A DNA stretch of 64,000 nt from Herpetosiphon aurantiacus DSM 785 (GCA_000018565.1 CP000875.1:377199-441198), one strand, 5' to 3'. Positions 8,697 to 18,709 are shown, counted from the first letter of the stretch. Notes: generated by a model from the sequence alone, not told the origin. A program made the numbers and translations.

Positions 8697-10781
8697 ATGT
8701 GGTCGAACCTGAGCCGTTCGCGGTCGTTGTTGACCATTGCGCTCCTTGGGGTCTTGCTTGGTTCACTGAGTTTGTTACCAACGCACACCACCAAGGCCGC
8801 GATTACCGCCTATCAAGCCGCCGATCCAAATCTCGCCCCGTATGCCCAAAATGTGCTCGATCGTTTTGTCCAATACAAAGGTCAGTATTGGCTAGGTGGT
8901 CAGCAAGAAGTTCACTGGGATAATTCGCGCAAAGATGAAATGTCGAACGCAGTTTTTGCCCGCACCAATCCACAACGCTACCCCGCGCTGCGTGGCTGGG
9001 ATTTCCCGATCGGCGGCGCACTGCCCAACGATGGCCAATGGATGATCGACGCGATCATCAGCGATTGGACCAATGCCAACGTTATTCCAACCATCAGCCA
9101 ACACTGGACACCGCTTGCCAGCCAAGGCACTAACCATCAAGATATGTTCACGGTGGTTGATATTGATCGGATGTTTGTTGATGGCACGACTGAACGCACT
9201 AATTATCTGATTTGGCTCGATAATATTGCTGATGATTTGCAACAGCTCGAAGATGCCAACGTGCCAGTGCTATGGCGACCCTACCACGAAGCTGGTGGTG
9301 GTTGGTTCTGGTGGGATAAAGATAATGGAGCCACCAATTATCGCCGCCTTTGGGATGATATGTTTACCTATTTGGTAACCACCCGTGGCCTGCACAACCT
9401 GATCTGGGTTTGGACACCTGGGGTAAAAGGAGTCAGCACGGCTTGGTATCCCGCTGGCCAAGCCGATATTTTGGGCAGCGATGTATATAACGAAACTTCG
9501 GGCAATTACGTGAGTTGGTATGAAGATCTTGGGCGTTTCTCGCAAACCAAGATTAAAGCCCTCAGCGAAACCGACTACATGATGGACCCTGCTCTGTTGA
9601 GCAGTGCGCCATTTGCCTACTTTATGATTTGGCACACCGATATGTTTTATCGCAATACCGATAGCCGCATTCAAAGCACCTATGCGCATTGGGCAACCCT
9701 GAATCGAACCAATGTTGGCCAGATTTGGAATGGTACTCTTGGGATCGCTCCCACAGCAACGCCTGGTACACCAACGCCTACGCCAATTCCTGGGATCGTG
9801 GTCAGCGATTTTGAAGATGGCACGCTGCAGGGCTGGACTGGCACAAACCTGGTTTCAGGGCCAACTGTCAACAACGAATGGGCCGCCAATGGTCAACGTT
9901 CGATCAAAGCTCAAGTTAATTTAGCCGCTACGCCTGCCGATATTCGGCTCGCACAAGCACTGGATTTAACTGGTCAATCACGCATCCAAATTCGCCTGAG
10001 TGCCCAAAATGTTGGGAGCGGTCTCAGTGCTAAGCTCTACATCAAGACGGGAAGCGCCTGGAATTGGAAAGATAGCGGAACTGTGCTGATCGATTCGGGC
10101 ATCAGCTTGCTGACAATTGAATTAGCGGGTGTGCCTGATATCAACCAAGTGCGCGAGTTGGGGGTTGAATTCAACGCACTCACGGGGAATAGTGGCACAG
10201 CAACGATCTACGCCGACTATCTGACCGTGGGTGTGGTCAATAGCAACCAACCAACCCCAACCACGGGGCCAACGGCGACTGCAACGCGCACGCCAACCCA
10301 AGCGCCAACGGCTACGCCAACCAATATTCCAACCGCAACGCGCACGCCAACCCAAGGCCCAACCGCGACTGCAACCACCATTCCAACCGTCACGCCAACG
10401 AATATTCCAACCGCAACGCGCACGCCAACCCAAGTGCCAACTGCTACGCCAACCAGCACTGGCGGCGCTTGTAAGGTTGATTTCAAGGTGACAAGCCAAT
10501 GGGGCGTAGGCTTTATCGCCGATGTTACCGTAACCAATTTGCAGCCAAGCGCCTTAAATGACTGGAATGTGAAATTCAACTTCCCCAGTGGCCAAACCAT
10601 CAGCAACCTATGGAATGGCACACTCAGCCAGACTGGTAGCGCAGTTACCGTCACGAATGCTGGCTGGAATGGCTATCTTGCAGGTAATGGTGGCACAGCC
10701 AACTTTGGTTTCCAAGGTGTTGGTAGTGTTCCAATCTTGCCAAGCAACAGCTTCCAACTCAATGGCGTAACCTGCCAATAA
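8697..10781 (+). CDS. Secreted GH26-family beta-mannanase-like glycoside hydrolase with internal CBM-like domain, PT-linker and C-terminal CBM2
   Basis: Start moved to the ATG at 8697 (AAAGGAG RBS, signal peptide MWSNLSRSRSLLTIALLGVLLG). 'RPYHEAGGGWFWWD' matches the GH26 catalytic-region signature. The C-terminal segment 'GACKVDFKVTSQWGVGF...WNGYLAGNGGTANFGFQGVG...CQ' is a type-2 cellulose-binding module. Linker is 'PTATATRTPTQ...'. Confidence 0.8.
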   Translation: MWSNLSRSRSLLTIALLGVLLGSLSLLPTHTTKAAITAYQAADPNLAPYAQNVLDRFVQYKGQYWLGGQQEVHWDNSRKDEMSNAVFARTNPQRYPALRGWDFPIGGALPNDGQWMIDAIISDWTNANVIPTISQHWTPLASQGTNHQDMFTVVDIDRMFVDGTTERTNYLIWLDNIADDLQQLEDANVPVLWRPYHEAGGGWFWWDKDNGATNYRRLWDDMFTYLVTTRGLHNLIWVWTPGVKGVSTAWYPAGQADILGSDVYNETSGNYVSWYEDLGRFSQTKIKALSETDYMMDPALLSSAPFAYFMIWHTDMFYRNTDSRIQSTYAHWATLNRTNVGQIWNGTLGIAPTATPGTPTPTPIPGIVVSDFEDGTLQGWTGTNLVSGPTVNNEWAANGQRSIKAQVNLAATPADIRLAQALDLTGQSRIQIRLSAQNVGSGLSAKLYIKTGSAWNWKDSGTVLIDSGISLLTIELAGVPDINQVRELGVEFNALTGNSGTATIYADYLTVGVVNSNQPTPTTGPTATATRTPTQAPTATPTNIPTATRTPTQGPTATATTIPTVTPTNIPTATRTPTQVPTATPTSTGGACKVDFKVTSQWGVGFIADVTVTNLQPSALNDWNVKFNFPSGQTISNLWNGTLSQTGSAVTVTNAGWNGYLAGNGGTANFGFQGVGSVPILPSNSFQLNGVTCQ

Positions 10782-10799
10782 ACTCAATCGCAACGGCAT

Positions 10800-10838
10800 A
10801 ACGACGATCTCAGCAATGGGATCGTCGTTGGTATTTAA
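10800..10838 (+). terminator. Rho-independent terminator
   Basis: 9-bp stem aacgacgatc / gatcgtcgtt, loop cagcaatgg, then ggtattt. Confidence 0.6.
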
Positions 10839-10897
10839 GCACCTAGGTGCTAGCTCGAAGCTGGTATGATGAAACAACTGGCTTATAGGTAGCATCC

Positions 10898-13033
10898 ATG
10901 ATTTTTATTCTGCAATCGATCGCGCTGGCGATTTCAATTTTCAATGCAATTATCTGTTTGTGGTTGGGCATGACTGTGGCGCTCGATGGTGGGCGTGAAC
11001 GTGGCCCGCGTTTGGCAGCGGCTGGTTTATTGATGGCTGGCGTGTTCTTTTTGATTCACGCGGCGATTATTGGGCGCGGCCCACCAGTGGTTGATGTGGG
11101 CTTGCCCTTTTGGTGGCGGGTGATCAGTGTGGTTTCGTTGCTTGCGCCCTATGCCTGGTATGCCACGATGATCTGGTATACCGGGGTGAGCGGTAAGAGC
11201 CTGCGGATTCATAAATTGCTGCTATTTACCATGGGCATTTTTATTGGAATTTTGGGCTTGGTGCTGACCGCAATTTACCCTTTACCCCAAGAAGCGCGAA
11301 TTTTGGCCCTGAAAATTGTGCCAGCTTGGTTGGTTGCCAATTTGCCGTTTATTGTGGCAGGCTATCTTTTGGCTTTGATTATGTGTTTTAGCTTGCCGAT
11401 TCATGCCTTATTGACTGGTCCAGGGCGGCGCAACAACTTGCCGCATCAAGCATGGCTGCGGGTGCGCTCGTGGCTGATTCGCACCTCGTTGCTGGGGTTG
11501 CTCGCTGGAATTGTGGCATTAATCGGCGCGGTGATCGTTTTTTCGCAAGGTGCAGTGGGCCGCACTCCTGAGGTCGCTTGGCTGGCCGATCGCGCAATCG
11601 AACTCTTTTTTCAGCTTGATGTGATGGTGCTCATCGTGGTGGCTGCGGCGTTGGGGGCTGCTGGTCAGGCGATGGGAGCCTACGCTGCCTTTACCGATCG
11701 CCCCTTGCCCCAATGGAATCGCATCGATCAATGGCGTTGGTTGGTGGCGATTGCTGGCGGTTTTGCCTTGATGGTTGGGGTCAGCTCAGCGCTGCAAGTG
11801 GCCTCGATCTACATTGTGTTGTTTGCCACAACCTTGGCTTCGCTGGCCTATGGCCTGTTGAGTTGGCGCTATCGGGTTGAGCACGAGGCTTTTATGGAGC
11901 GTTTGCGCCCGTTCGTTGGCAGTTTGCACTTTCAAGATCGTTTGTTGGATGGCGGGGCTAGCCTTTCGGCTTCGGTCGAAGGCTTGGTTGAGGCGGTCAG
12001 TCGTGATGTGCTGCGGGCGGAACGAGCGTGTTTGTTGCTGCGCGATGCCGTGCCTGGCCTGCCCAACGTAATTAGCTATCACTGGGGCCAAACCCCAATT
12101 CCATTACTTGAACAATTGCCAATTTCCAACGAACGGCGAACGTCGGGCATTCGGCTTGAGGCGCAAAGTGGGGCCGAGTGGGCTGTGCCCTTGTGGGATG
12201 GGCGGGGTTTGGCCGGAGCGTTGGTGCTTGGTTCGCCCCAAGCTGGCGCGGTGTATAGCGAAGAATTGATGGAAGTTGCGGCGGCCTGCTGTGCCCGTTT
12301 GACCGATGCGCTGGCTGGCGAACGGGCGGCGCGAATGTTGGGTGATGTGTTGCGCCAACGAATTGCTGAAGTCAAAGTCTTGGGTAGCCAAGGGCGACGC
12401 ACCTTGCACGACGATGTATTGCCGCAAATTCATGCCGCATTGATTCATCTCAGCGCGGTTTCGGCCAACGATCCCATGGCGCAACAAACAATTCAGGCCT
12501 TATCCGAGGCCCATACCAAGCTTTCGGCGTTGATTCGCTCGTTGCCGCCCGCCACTCCCCATCGTTTGGCCCAAGGTGGTTTAGCCCAAACCTTGCACGA
12601 TATGGTTTTAGTTGATTTTGGCAATGCCTTTGATCAGGTCAGTTATACCGTTGCGCCTGCGGCAGAAGCCCGTTTGGCTGATACGCCGCAATTTATCGGC
12701 GAAGTGATTAGCTATGCCTTGCAAGAAACTCTGCGTAATGCCGCCCGCCATGCTCGTGGCAACGATCCACGCCGCACATTGCAGATGCGGGTACAAATTG
12801 ATTGGCAACATGGTTTAGTTGTCGATATTTGTGACGACGGTGTGGGCATGCAACCGCATCAATCGAGTTCATCGGGCAGTGGTAGCGGCTTGCGTCTACA
12901 TCGCGGCTTGTTGATGGTGATTGGTGGCAGCCTGAATATTGCTACACCAGGGCAGGGTGGCACGCATATTCACATTCAAGTGCCTGAAGAATTATGGAAC
13001 TTGCCAGTGCTCGAACCCGAAGAAATTGCCTAA
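10898..13033 (+). CDS. Membrane sensor histidine kinase (HisKA_3 / NarL-DegS-type), no adjacent response regulator
   Basis: At least 8 N-terminal TM helices, then a GAF-like region. H-box 'RRTLHDDVLPQIHAAL' (HisKA_3). HATPase_c N-box 'ETLRNAARHA' and G1 'DICDDGVGM'. Confidence 0.8.
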   Translation: MIFILQSIALAISIFNAIICLWLGMTVALDGGRERGPRLAAAGLLMAGVFFLIHAAIIGRGPPVVDVGLPFWWRVISVVSLLAPYAWYATMIWYTGVSGKSLRIHKLLLFTMGIFIGILGLVLTAIYPLPQEARILALKIVPAWLVANLPFIVAGYLLALIMCFSLPIHALLTGPGRRNNLPHQAWLRVRSWLIRTSLLGLLAGIVALIGAVIVFSQGAVGRTPEVAWLADRAIELFFQLDVMVLIVVAAALGAAGQAMGAYAAFTDRPLPQWNRIDQWRWLVAIAGGFALMVGVSSALQVASIYIVLFATTLASLAYGLLSWRYRVEHEAFMERLRPFVGSLHFQDRLLDGGASLSASVEGLVEAVSRDVLRAERACLLLRDAVPGLPNVISYHWGQTPIPLLEQLPISNERRTSGIRLEAQSGAEWAVPLWDGRGLAGALVLGSPQAGAVYSEELMEVAAACCARLTDALAGERAARMLGDVLRQRIAEVKVLGSQGRRTLHDDVLPQIHAALIHLSAVSANDPMAQQTIQALSEAHTKLSALIRSLPPATPHRLAQGGLAQTLHDMVLVDFGNAFDQVSYTVAPAAEARLADTPQFIGEVISYALQETLRNAARHARGNDPRRTLQMRVQIDWQHGLVVDICDDGVGMQPHQSSSSGSGSGLRLHRGLLMVIGGSLNIATPGQGGTHIHIQVPEELWNLPVLEPEEIA

Positions 13034-13185
13034 AATAAGTAGGTTCCAACCTGCAATCGCCAATAGTCAATCCCAATCAGCGACTTAAGTCATAGCTAGT
13101 CGTGCTATAATCGTTCTAAATAGTACAACAAGATTGCTCAATGGTGCGCGACACTCGCATCATTGTTATAGGAGCGCATAGCACC

Positions 13186-14265
13186 ATGGGCTTGTTTGGG
13201 AAACGGGCGGATGCGCCAACACAAGAGGCAGTCTTGGCTGCCCTTGCAACGGTGCAAGAGCCAGAACTCGGCGGCAATTTAGTTGCCCGCAAAATGATCA
13301 AAGAGCTTAACATTGATGGCGGACGAGTCGTTGTTTTGATCGATCTCACCACGCCAGCATGTCCATTCAAGGAACAACTGGCCAACGATGTGCGAGCAGC
13401 TTTGGCTCAAGTGCCAGGCGTGAGCGAAATCGAGGTCGATTTTACCGCGACCGTGCGGTCATACAATGGCATTCCTGATAAAGCCCGCGTGCCTGGGGTA
13501 AGCCATATTTTGGCGGTAGCTTCAGGTAAAGGCGGCGTAGGTAAATCGACGGTTGCCGTCAACTTGGCCGTTGCTTTGGCCCAAGAAGGCGCAAACGTTG
13601 GCTTGCTCGATGCCGATATTTATGGGCCAAGCGCTCCCTTGATGACTGGCGCACGCGGCAAACCAGGCATTACGCAAAATCAAAAAATTGCCCCACTCGA
13701 AGCTCATGGCATCAAAATTATTTCGGTCGGCTATTTTGTTGATGATAGCCAGCCCTTGGTTTGGCGTGGGCCGATGATTTCATCGATGTTGCGTCAATTT
13801 TTGTTCGAGGTTGATTGGGGTCAGCTTGATTATTTGATCGTCGATTTGCCACCTGGCACTGGCGATATTCAACTCACCTTGGCCCAATCAATTCCACTTT
13901 CTGGCTCGGTTGTGGTAACGACACCACAAGATGTAGCCCTTGCTGATGCGATTAAAGGCGTTGAGATGTTCCGCAAGTTGAATGTACCCATCTTGGGGAT
14001 TGTCGAGAACATGAGCTATTTTATCGCGCCCGATACTGGCAAGCGCTACGACATTTTTGGCCATGGTGGAGCACGAACCGCGAGCAGCAAATTGGGTGTA
14101 CCATTCTTAGGTGAAATACCCTTGGGCATGCCAATTCGCGAAGGTGGCGATACTGGCCAGCCAGCGGTAACCCAAAGCGCCAAAGATGCCTATGCTGATT
14201 CGTTCCGCGATGTTGCTCGCACTTTAGCAGGCCGCATCAGTATTGAAACCATGGTGGCGGCCTAG
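13186..14265 (+). CDS. apbC: Mrp/NBP35/ApbC family Fe-S cluster carrier ATPase
   Basis: N-terminal DUF59-like region 'ATVQEPELGGNLV', Walker A 'ASGKGGVGKST', CxxC-type C-terminal region. Start chosen at the ATG at 13186 (TAGGAG RBS); the ORF-track start 13141 is possible but lacks an RBS. Confidence 0.85.
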   Translation: MGLFGKRADAPTQEAVLAALATVQEPELGGNLVARKMIKELNIDGGRVVVLIDLTTPACPFKEQLANDVRAALAQVPGVSEIEVDFTATVRSYNGIPDKARVPGVSHILAVASGKGGVGKSTVAVNLAVALAQEGANVGLLDADIYGPSAPLMTGARGKPGITQNQKIAPLEAHGIKIISVGYFVDDSQPLVWRGPMISSMLRQFLFEVDWGQLDYLIVDLPPGTGDIQLTLAQSIPLSGSVVVTTPQDVALADAIKGVEMFRKLNVPILGIVENMSYFIAPDTGKRYDIFGHGGARTASSKLGVPFLGEIPLGMPIREGGDTGQPAVTQSAKDAYADSFRDVARTLAGRISIETMVAA

Positions 14266-14339
14266 CGCCTTGCCACTGGCAACGCTTCAATGACGCATGG
14301 CTGCTGCTATGCGTCATTGTTGTCTGAAAGAGCAAGCCG

Positions 14340-15374
14340 ATGATGCCGATTGAATTGTTGGAAAAACCTCAAACCCTGCAAACGCGCAGCAATGCCCCCG
14401 CCCACGATGCCCACGGGCGGCGGATTAATTATCTGCGGATTTCATTAACCGACCGCTGCAATTTTCGCTGCTTCTATTGTATGCCTGAATGGGGCATGCA
14501 GTTTGCCCCCAAGCCCGAACTGCTCACCAATGCTGAGTTGATTCGCTTGGTGCGCATTATGGCCCAAACTGGCTTTGAAAAGATTCGCTTGACTGGTGGC
14601 GAGCCAACCTTGCGCCGCGATTTGGTTGGGTTGGTCGAGGCGATTGCCAATACCCCAGGAATTAGCGAAGTTTCGATGACCACCAATGCCTTATTATTGG
14701 CCCCAATCGCCCAGCAATTGGCCGATGCAGGCCTCAAGCGAGTTAATATCAGCATCGATTCACTCAACCCCGAAAGCTTCCGCAAAATCACGCGTGGCGG
14801 CGATTTGACGCGAGTTTGGGCTGGAATCGAAGCCGCCGAGCAGGCTGGGCTGACTCCATTAAAACTCAATTGTGTGGTTGTGCGCGGAGTCAACGATCAC
14901 GAAGTGCTTGATTTGGCGCGGCTGACGATCGATAAACCTTGGCAAATGCGCTTTATCGAAGTCATGCCGTTGGTTGGCGTGGCTGAGGTGGCTGATAACG
15001 GGGTTGTGCCGAGCAACCAACTAATTGCGCAAATTGAGGCTGAATTTGGCCTCGATTTTCTTGGTTGGTATGGAGCTGATCCTGCCCGCACCTATCAAAT
15101 TCCTGGAGCACAAGGCAAACTTGGCTTTATTAGCTCAATTAGTGACCCGTTTTGTGCTACTTGCAACCGCATGCGTCTTACCGCCGATGGCAAATTACAC
15201 CTGTGTTTGCTGCGTGATAATGAGCTTGATCTGCGAGCTGCACTCCGGGGCAGCGGCAGCGACGAAGAGCTAGAAGCCTTGATCCGCCATGCCGTCTGGA
15301 TCAAACCATGGGGCCATGGGCTGCCGGATGGAGTTAAGCCGACCGTGCGCGGCATGTCAGAACTCGGTGGTTAA
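14340..15374 (+). CDS. moaA: GTP 3',8-cyclase MoaA (radical SAM, molybdenum cofactor biosynthesis)
   Basis: 'LRISLTDRCNFRCFYCMPE' CxxxCxxC radical-SAM motif, length and C-terminal second-cluster cysteines 'CATCNRMRLTADGKLHLCL'. Confidence 0.9.
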   Translation: MMPIELLEKPQTLQTRSNAPAHDAHGRRINYLRISLTDRCNFRCFYCMPEWGMQFAPKPELLTNAELIRLVRIMAQTGFEKIRLTGGEPTLRRDLVGLVEAIANTPGISEVSMTTNALLLAPIAQQLADAGLKRVNISIDSLNPESFRKITRGGDLTRVWAGIEAAEQAGLTPLKLNCVVVRGVNDHEVLDLARLTIDKPWQMRFIEVMPLVGVAEVADNGVVPSNQLIAQIEAEFGLDFLGWYGADPARTYQIPGAQGKLGFISSISDPFCATCNRMRLTADGKLHLCLLRDNELDLRAALRGSGSDEELEALIRHAVWIKPWGHGLPDGVKPTVRGMSELGG

Positions 15375-15421
15375 AGTAGGTTAAAAATTCGCTAGTAAAG
15401 CAACCACAACGCTGCTATAAT

Positions 15422-15473
15422 GCCATCCTACGATCGGTAGTAGGTGAAATCGATCGTAGGATGGCTCGTTTTT
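15422..15473 (+). terminator. Strong rho-independent terminator after moaA
   Basis: Perfect 15-bp stem gccatcctacgatcg / cgatcgtaggatggc with a 14-nt loop, followed by tcgttttt. Confidence 0.8.
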
Positions 15474-15602
15474 AGCTTGAAAAGCTTTCCATCGACCATA
15501 CAGATACAGGCCTTAGCATAAATCTCAATTGCGAATAGAATCGGCTCAAGACATACTAACCAAGCCGCATCCTGACAATTCATCACATCAAAGGCATTCG
15601 TT

Positions 15603-16886
15603 ATGGCTCGCAACATCATGCTCAATCATAGTATTCGCTTGTATGGTCATTTTATTCAGCAACAGCTTCCCCCAAGTAATTATAAAGAATTTTCGCGTTG
15701 GGGTATTGACGAACAAAATATTTATCGCTCAGAATATCTTCAAATGAGCAGTTTGACTCAAATGTGTACCATGTTTACCTATTTGTATCATTCAGCAATT
15801 GCTGATCGCCAAAAATGGAATATACTTTGTGAATCGTTTGGCACAATGCTGATCTATCAAATCTATGAAGTTATTTCAGATAATATTTCGATGGGTTTAG
15901 GCTTAGCGATTAATCCCGATTATCAGCAAAAAAATCAGTTGATTCGTTATTTCAATACAGCAATGGTTGAATCACTTGATAACGGTATTATTATGCTCGA
16001 TCATCAACGGATTAAAGCGTTATCAAAAAATATCTCATTAATCGAACAACATATATCGCTCACCCGCAACCAAGATCTGTTTGATAAATATTGTGCGCAT
16101 AAAAACATTCGATTAGATACCATCGAAGAGCCTGAGATTTGGGTCGCACTCTATGCGAATATTGCTAGTTGCTTAGATTTCATCAATCAAATTAAGCAAC
16201 CATCTGCCCGTACATTAATCAAAAATAGTGTTATAAGTCGTTATACGGCGATTAATCGCTTAAATAATGCTGAATATACCAGCATCAATCAACTTATTCA
16301 GCTGCAAATCGATACCATGTTAGTTATTCCAACTTTAGAATATTGTATTAATCTGTGGAGCGAAGTCTATCTCGACGATCAAGCGCTCCGCGATGATATT
16401 GCTGAAAATCCATATTTGCGCCAATATATCACTACGGCGACGCTGTTGGTGCGACTGCTAAACGATGTTGGTTCGATTTTGCTGCAATTAAGTCATCAGC
16501 AGATTGCCCAGTATTTCAGCCAATTATTGCTCGAATCGCCACCGCTGAAGCACGAAGCTTGGTACGATTGGTTTAATCGGGTTGCCTCGCATCCCATGTT
16601 TTTCCGTTTGCATAAAGATGTTGTGTTTAACGAAGTGAATATTTTGTTGTATGCGATTGAGCCGACGATGGACCCCAGCACGGTTATTGATCAAATGATT
16701 CATAATACCCAGCATGCCGCCCAACTGTACCAAGCGACAATGGCACTTTTTGAACAACAATTTGGGCTGCTCAGTCAAACAAGCCATTATCGTATACCGC
16801 TCGATATTGCCAGCCGCATCGTCACATTTCACCAAGCACTGTATGCCAACGACTATACGCAGCCAGAGGGCGAATATGCCGTTTAG
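15603..16886 (+). CDS. Hypothetical protein encoded in a low-GC island
   Basis: 427-aa intact ORF at about 38-40% GC against about 52% for neighbours. Q/I/N/Y-rich, predicted all-alpha. No motif I can assign. Confidence 0.55.
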   Translation: MARNIMLNHSIRLYGHFIQQQLPPSNYKEFSRWGIDEQNIYRSEYLQMSSLTQMCTMFTYLYHSAIADRQKWNILCESFGTMLIYQIYEVISDNISMGLGLAINPDYQQKNQLIRYFNTAMVESLDNGIIMLDHQRIKALSKNISLIEQHISLTRNQDLFDKYCAHKNIRLDTIEEPEIWVALYANIASCLDFINQIKQPSARTLIKNSVISRYTAINRLNNAEYTSINQLIQLQIDTMLVIPTLEYCINLWSEVYLDDQALRDDIAENPYLRQYITTATLLVRLLNDVGSILLQLSHQQIAQYFSQLLLESPPLKHEAWYDWFNRVASHPMFFRLHKDVVFNEVNILLYAIEPTMDPSTVIDQMIHNTQHAAQLYQATMALFEQQFGLLSQTSHYRIPLDIASRIVTFHQALYANDYTQPEGEYAV

Positions 16887-16913
16887 TTAATCTTTTGAGC
16901 TGGTGGAGAATCT

Positions 16914-17372
16914 ATGCCAAACCCATTATGCATCAGCGCCAACGAATTGGTCTGCACCGATCAATCGACAACCTTCGAGTATGTTTGCCATTTTGAAAAC
17001 AACCGCGAATGGTGGTTGCCAGTCACCCATACCCAACATCTCAGCGGCGAAGGCGTTGGCGCAATTTATGAGGAGCACGCCAAGGTTGCGGGCATTCCCA
17101 TGAAAATGCAGTTGAAGGTGTATCACTACAACCCACCACAGCAAATCAAATTCACGATTACGTCGGCATTGATGCTATCGGATATGGATTATCGGTTTTT
17201 AGTTGAGTCAGCAGGCACCCGCATCATCATTAGCACAGCAATTAATTTCAAATGGTTTTTACGCCCATTCGCCCCGCTCATGCGTTCAGCCTTGATCAAA
17301 GAAGCCAGCCAACATTTAGGCGTACTCAAAAGCGTTTTGGCCCAAAAATTCAGCCAAGCAAGCAACAAATAA
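16914..17372 (+). CDS. Small protein, possibly SRPBCC/START-like (polyketide_cyc2-like)
   Basis: 152 aa with GGTGGAG RBS. Size and alternating beta/alpha pattern only; weak. Confidence 0.4.
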   Translation: MPNPLCISANELVCTDQSTTFEYVCHFENNREWWLPVTHTQHLSGEGVGAIYEEHAKVAGIPMKMQLKVYHYNPPQQIKFTITSALMLSDMDYRFLVESAGTRIIISTAINFKWFLRPFAPLMRSALIKEASQHLGVLKSVLAQKFSQASNK

Positions 17373-17426
17373 GCTCAATTGCTGCTGAAGTTGCAGCAAC
17401 TTTATGGTATGCTATACAAAACTTAG

Positions 17427-17462
17427 ACGCTGAGGTCAACAATGTTGCTCAGCGTTTTTTGT
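17427..17462 (+). terminator. Rho-independent terminator
   Basis: Stem acgctgag / ctcagcgt with a 13-nt loop, then TTTTTTGTTGTTG. Confidence 0.65.
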
Positions 17463-17483
17463 TGTTGAAAGGATAACAGCGCA

Positions 17484-17924
17484 ATGGCGCGGACTGATCA
17501 ATCGAACGAATCGGAAGTTTTAGCAGGCAGTAGTCGAGTTTTACGCTTCGCCTATTGTGTGCTGGCAATCTCGGCTGGCGCTCGTGCCTTGTTCCAAGTT
17601 GCCACCAAATTCAATCAAGCACCACTGGCCTATGGCTTGACAACCGTAGCAGCATTAATTTACTGGGTCGCTTTCTTGGGATTTGGGCGACGCTCACCCC
17701 AAGCTTGGCGCATAACCTTGGGCGTATGTGCAATTGAACTTTTAGGCGTGATCACGGTTGGCATTTTGACCTTGATCGAACGCGATTGGTTTCCGAAAGA
17801 TACTGTTTGGAGCGATTTTGGGATTGGCTATGGCTTTACGCCATTATTATTGCCAATCGCTGGGCTGTGGTTATTGTTACGCCAAGAAACCCGCCAAGCC
17901 TATGGGGTCGCCAATAAACTCTGA
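17484..17924 (+). CDS. Hypothetical 4-TM membrane protein
   Basis: 146 aa, AAAGGA RBS, four hydrophobic helices. Confidence 0.5.
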   Translation: MARTDQSNESEVLAGSSRVLRFAYCVLAISAGARALFQVATKFNQAPLAYGLTTVAALIYWVAFLGFGRRSPQAWRITLGVCAIELLGVITVGILTLIERDWFPKDTVWSDFGIGYGFTPLLLPIAGLWLLLRQETRQAYGVANKL

Positions 17925-18709
17925 ACAGCAGCAACAACGGCAGGCCATTCCCGACTCGCTGGATCGATTAACTCAAAGTGATGGGCATTTGGCAGCGGCA
18001 CCAAACGCGCCTCATCACCAGCAGCCAGCGCTTGTTCAACATAGCTTTGGCTAATCGCAAAGGGCACAGGCCCATCATCAGTTCCATGCAACACAATTTG
18101 CGGCACCTGCAAGGGCAATAAGGCAGCAGGCGAAGCATCATGGTAGCGTTCGGGATAGGTTTCCGGCGAGCCACCCAATAATTCCTGCACTGCTTGCTGG
18201 CTCAAACGGCGTTGATCAGCCATAGCCAAATCGGCTACACCCGCTAAGCTCACAACTCCTTTTAATCCCAGCGGTTGAGCTTGCCACAACGGGCTGGTCG
18301 CGGCCAGTTTAGGCCGCGCCGCCAACCATAAAGCTAAATGGCCACCAGCCGAATGACCCAAACTAATAACCTGTTGCGGATCAATTGGGTAGTGCTGGGC
18401 CAAATTGGGCACAAAATCGGCAGCTTGAGCAACATCTAAAAAGGTATTTGGCCAGCCACCCGCATTGCCAACCCGCCGATATTCAATATTCCAAGTAGCA
18501 TAGCCCAAGGCCGTCAAGGCCGCACAGACATGGCCAATATGCTCAAGATCATAGCGTGCGCGCCAAAACCCCCCATGGACAACGACGACCACTGGGAATG
18601 GCCCGATTCCTGGCGGTACGCGTAAATCAGCAAATTGCAGCGGCTCAGCTCCATACCAAATCCGCTGATCAGCAGGCGGCGCGGCCTGGGCCAAAATCGA
18701 ATCACTCAT
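17900..18709 (-). CDS. Alpha/beta-hydrolase fold esterase/lipase (HSL-like)
   Basis: 'VVVVHGGFW' oxyanion-hole HGG motif and nucleophile elbow 'LGHSAGGHLA' (GxSxG). His near the C-terminus. Confidence 0.8.
   Translation of the reverse strand: MSDSILAQAAPPADQRIWYGAEPLQFADLRVPPGIGPFPVVVVVHGGFWRARYDLEHIGHVCAALTALGYATWNIEYRRVGNAGGWPNTFLDVAQAADFVPNLAQHYPIDPQQVISLGHSAGGHLALWLAARPKLAATSPLWQAQPLGLKGVVSLAGVADLAMADQRRLSQQAVQELLGGSPETYPERYHDASPAALLPLQVPQIVLHGTDDGPVPFAISQSYVEQALAAGDEARLVPLPNAHHFELIDPASREWPAVVAAVQSLLATP

Noticed and set aside
14266-14339. Possible molybdenum-cofactor riboswitch upstream of moaA
   Set aside because: The intergenic region is only 74 nt, with a single 8-bp hairpin. That is far too short for the ~130-nt Moco RNA motif, and no conserved Moco-motif loops were seen.
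15603-16886. Low-GC 427-aa protein as a class-I terpene synthase
   Set aside because: Candidate 'DDxxD'-like and 'NSE'-like strings are only about 30 residues apart and in the wrong order or spacing (about 140 aa expected), so I did not make this call.
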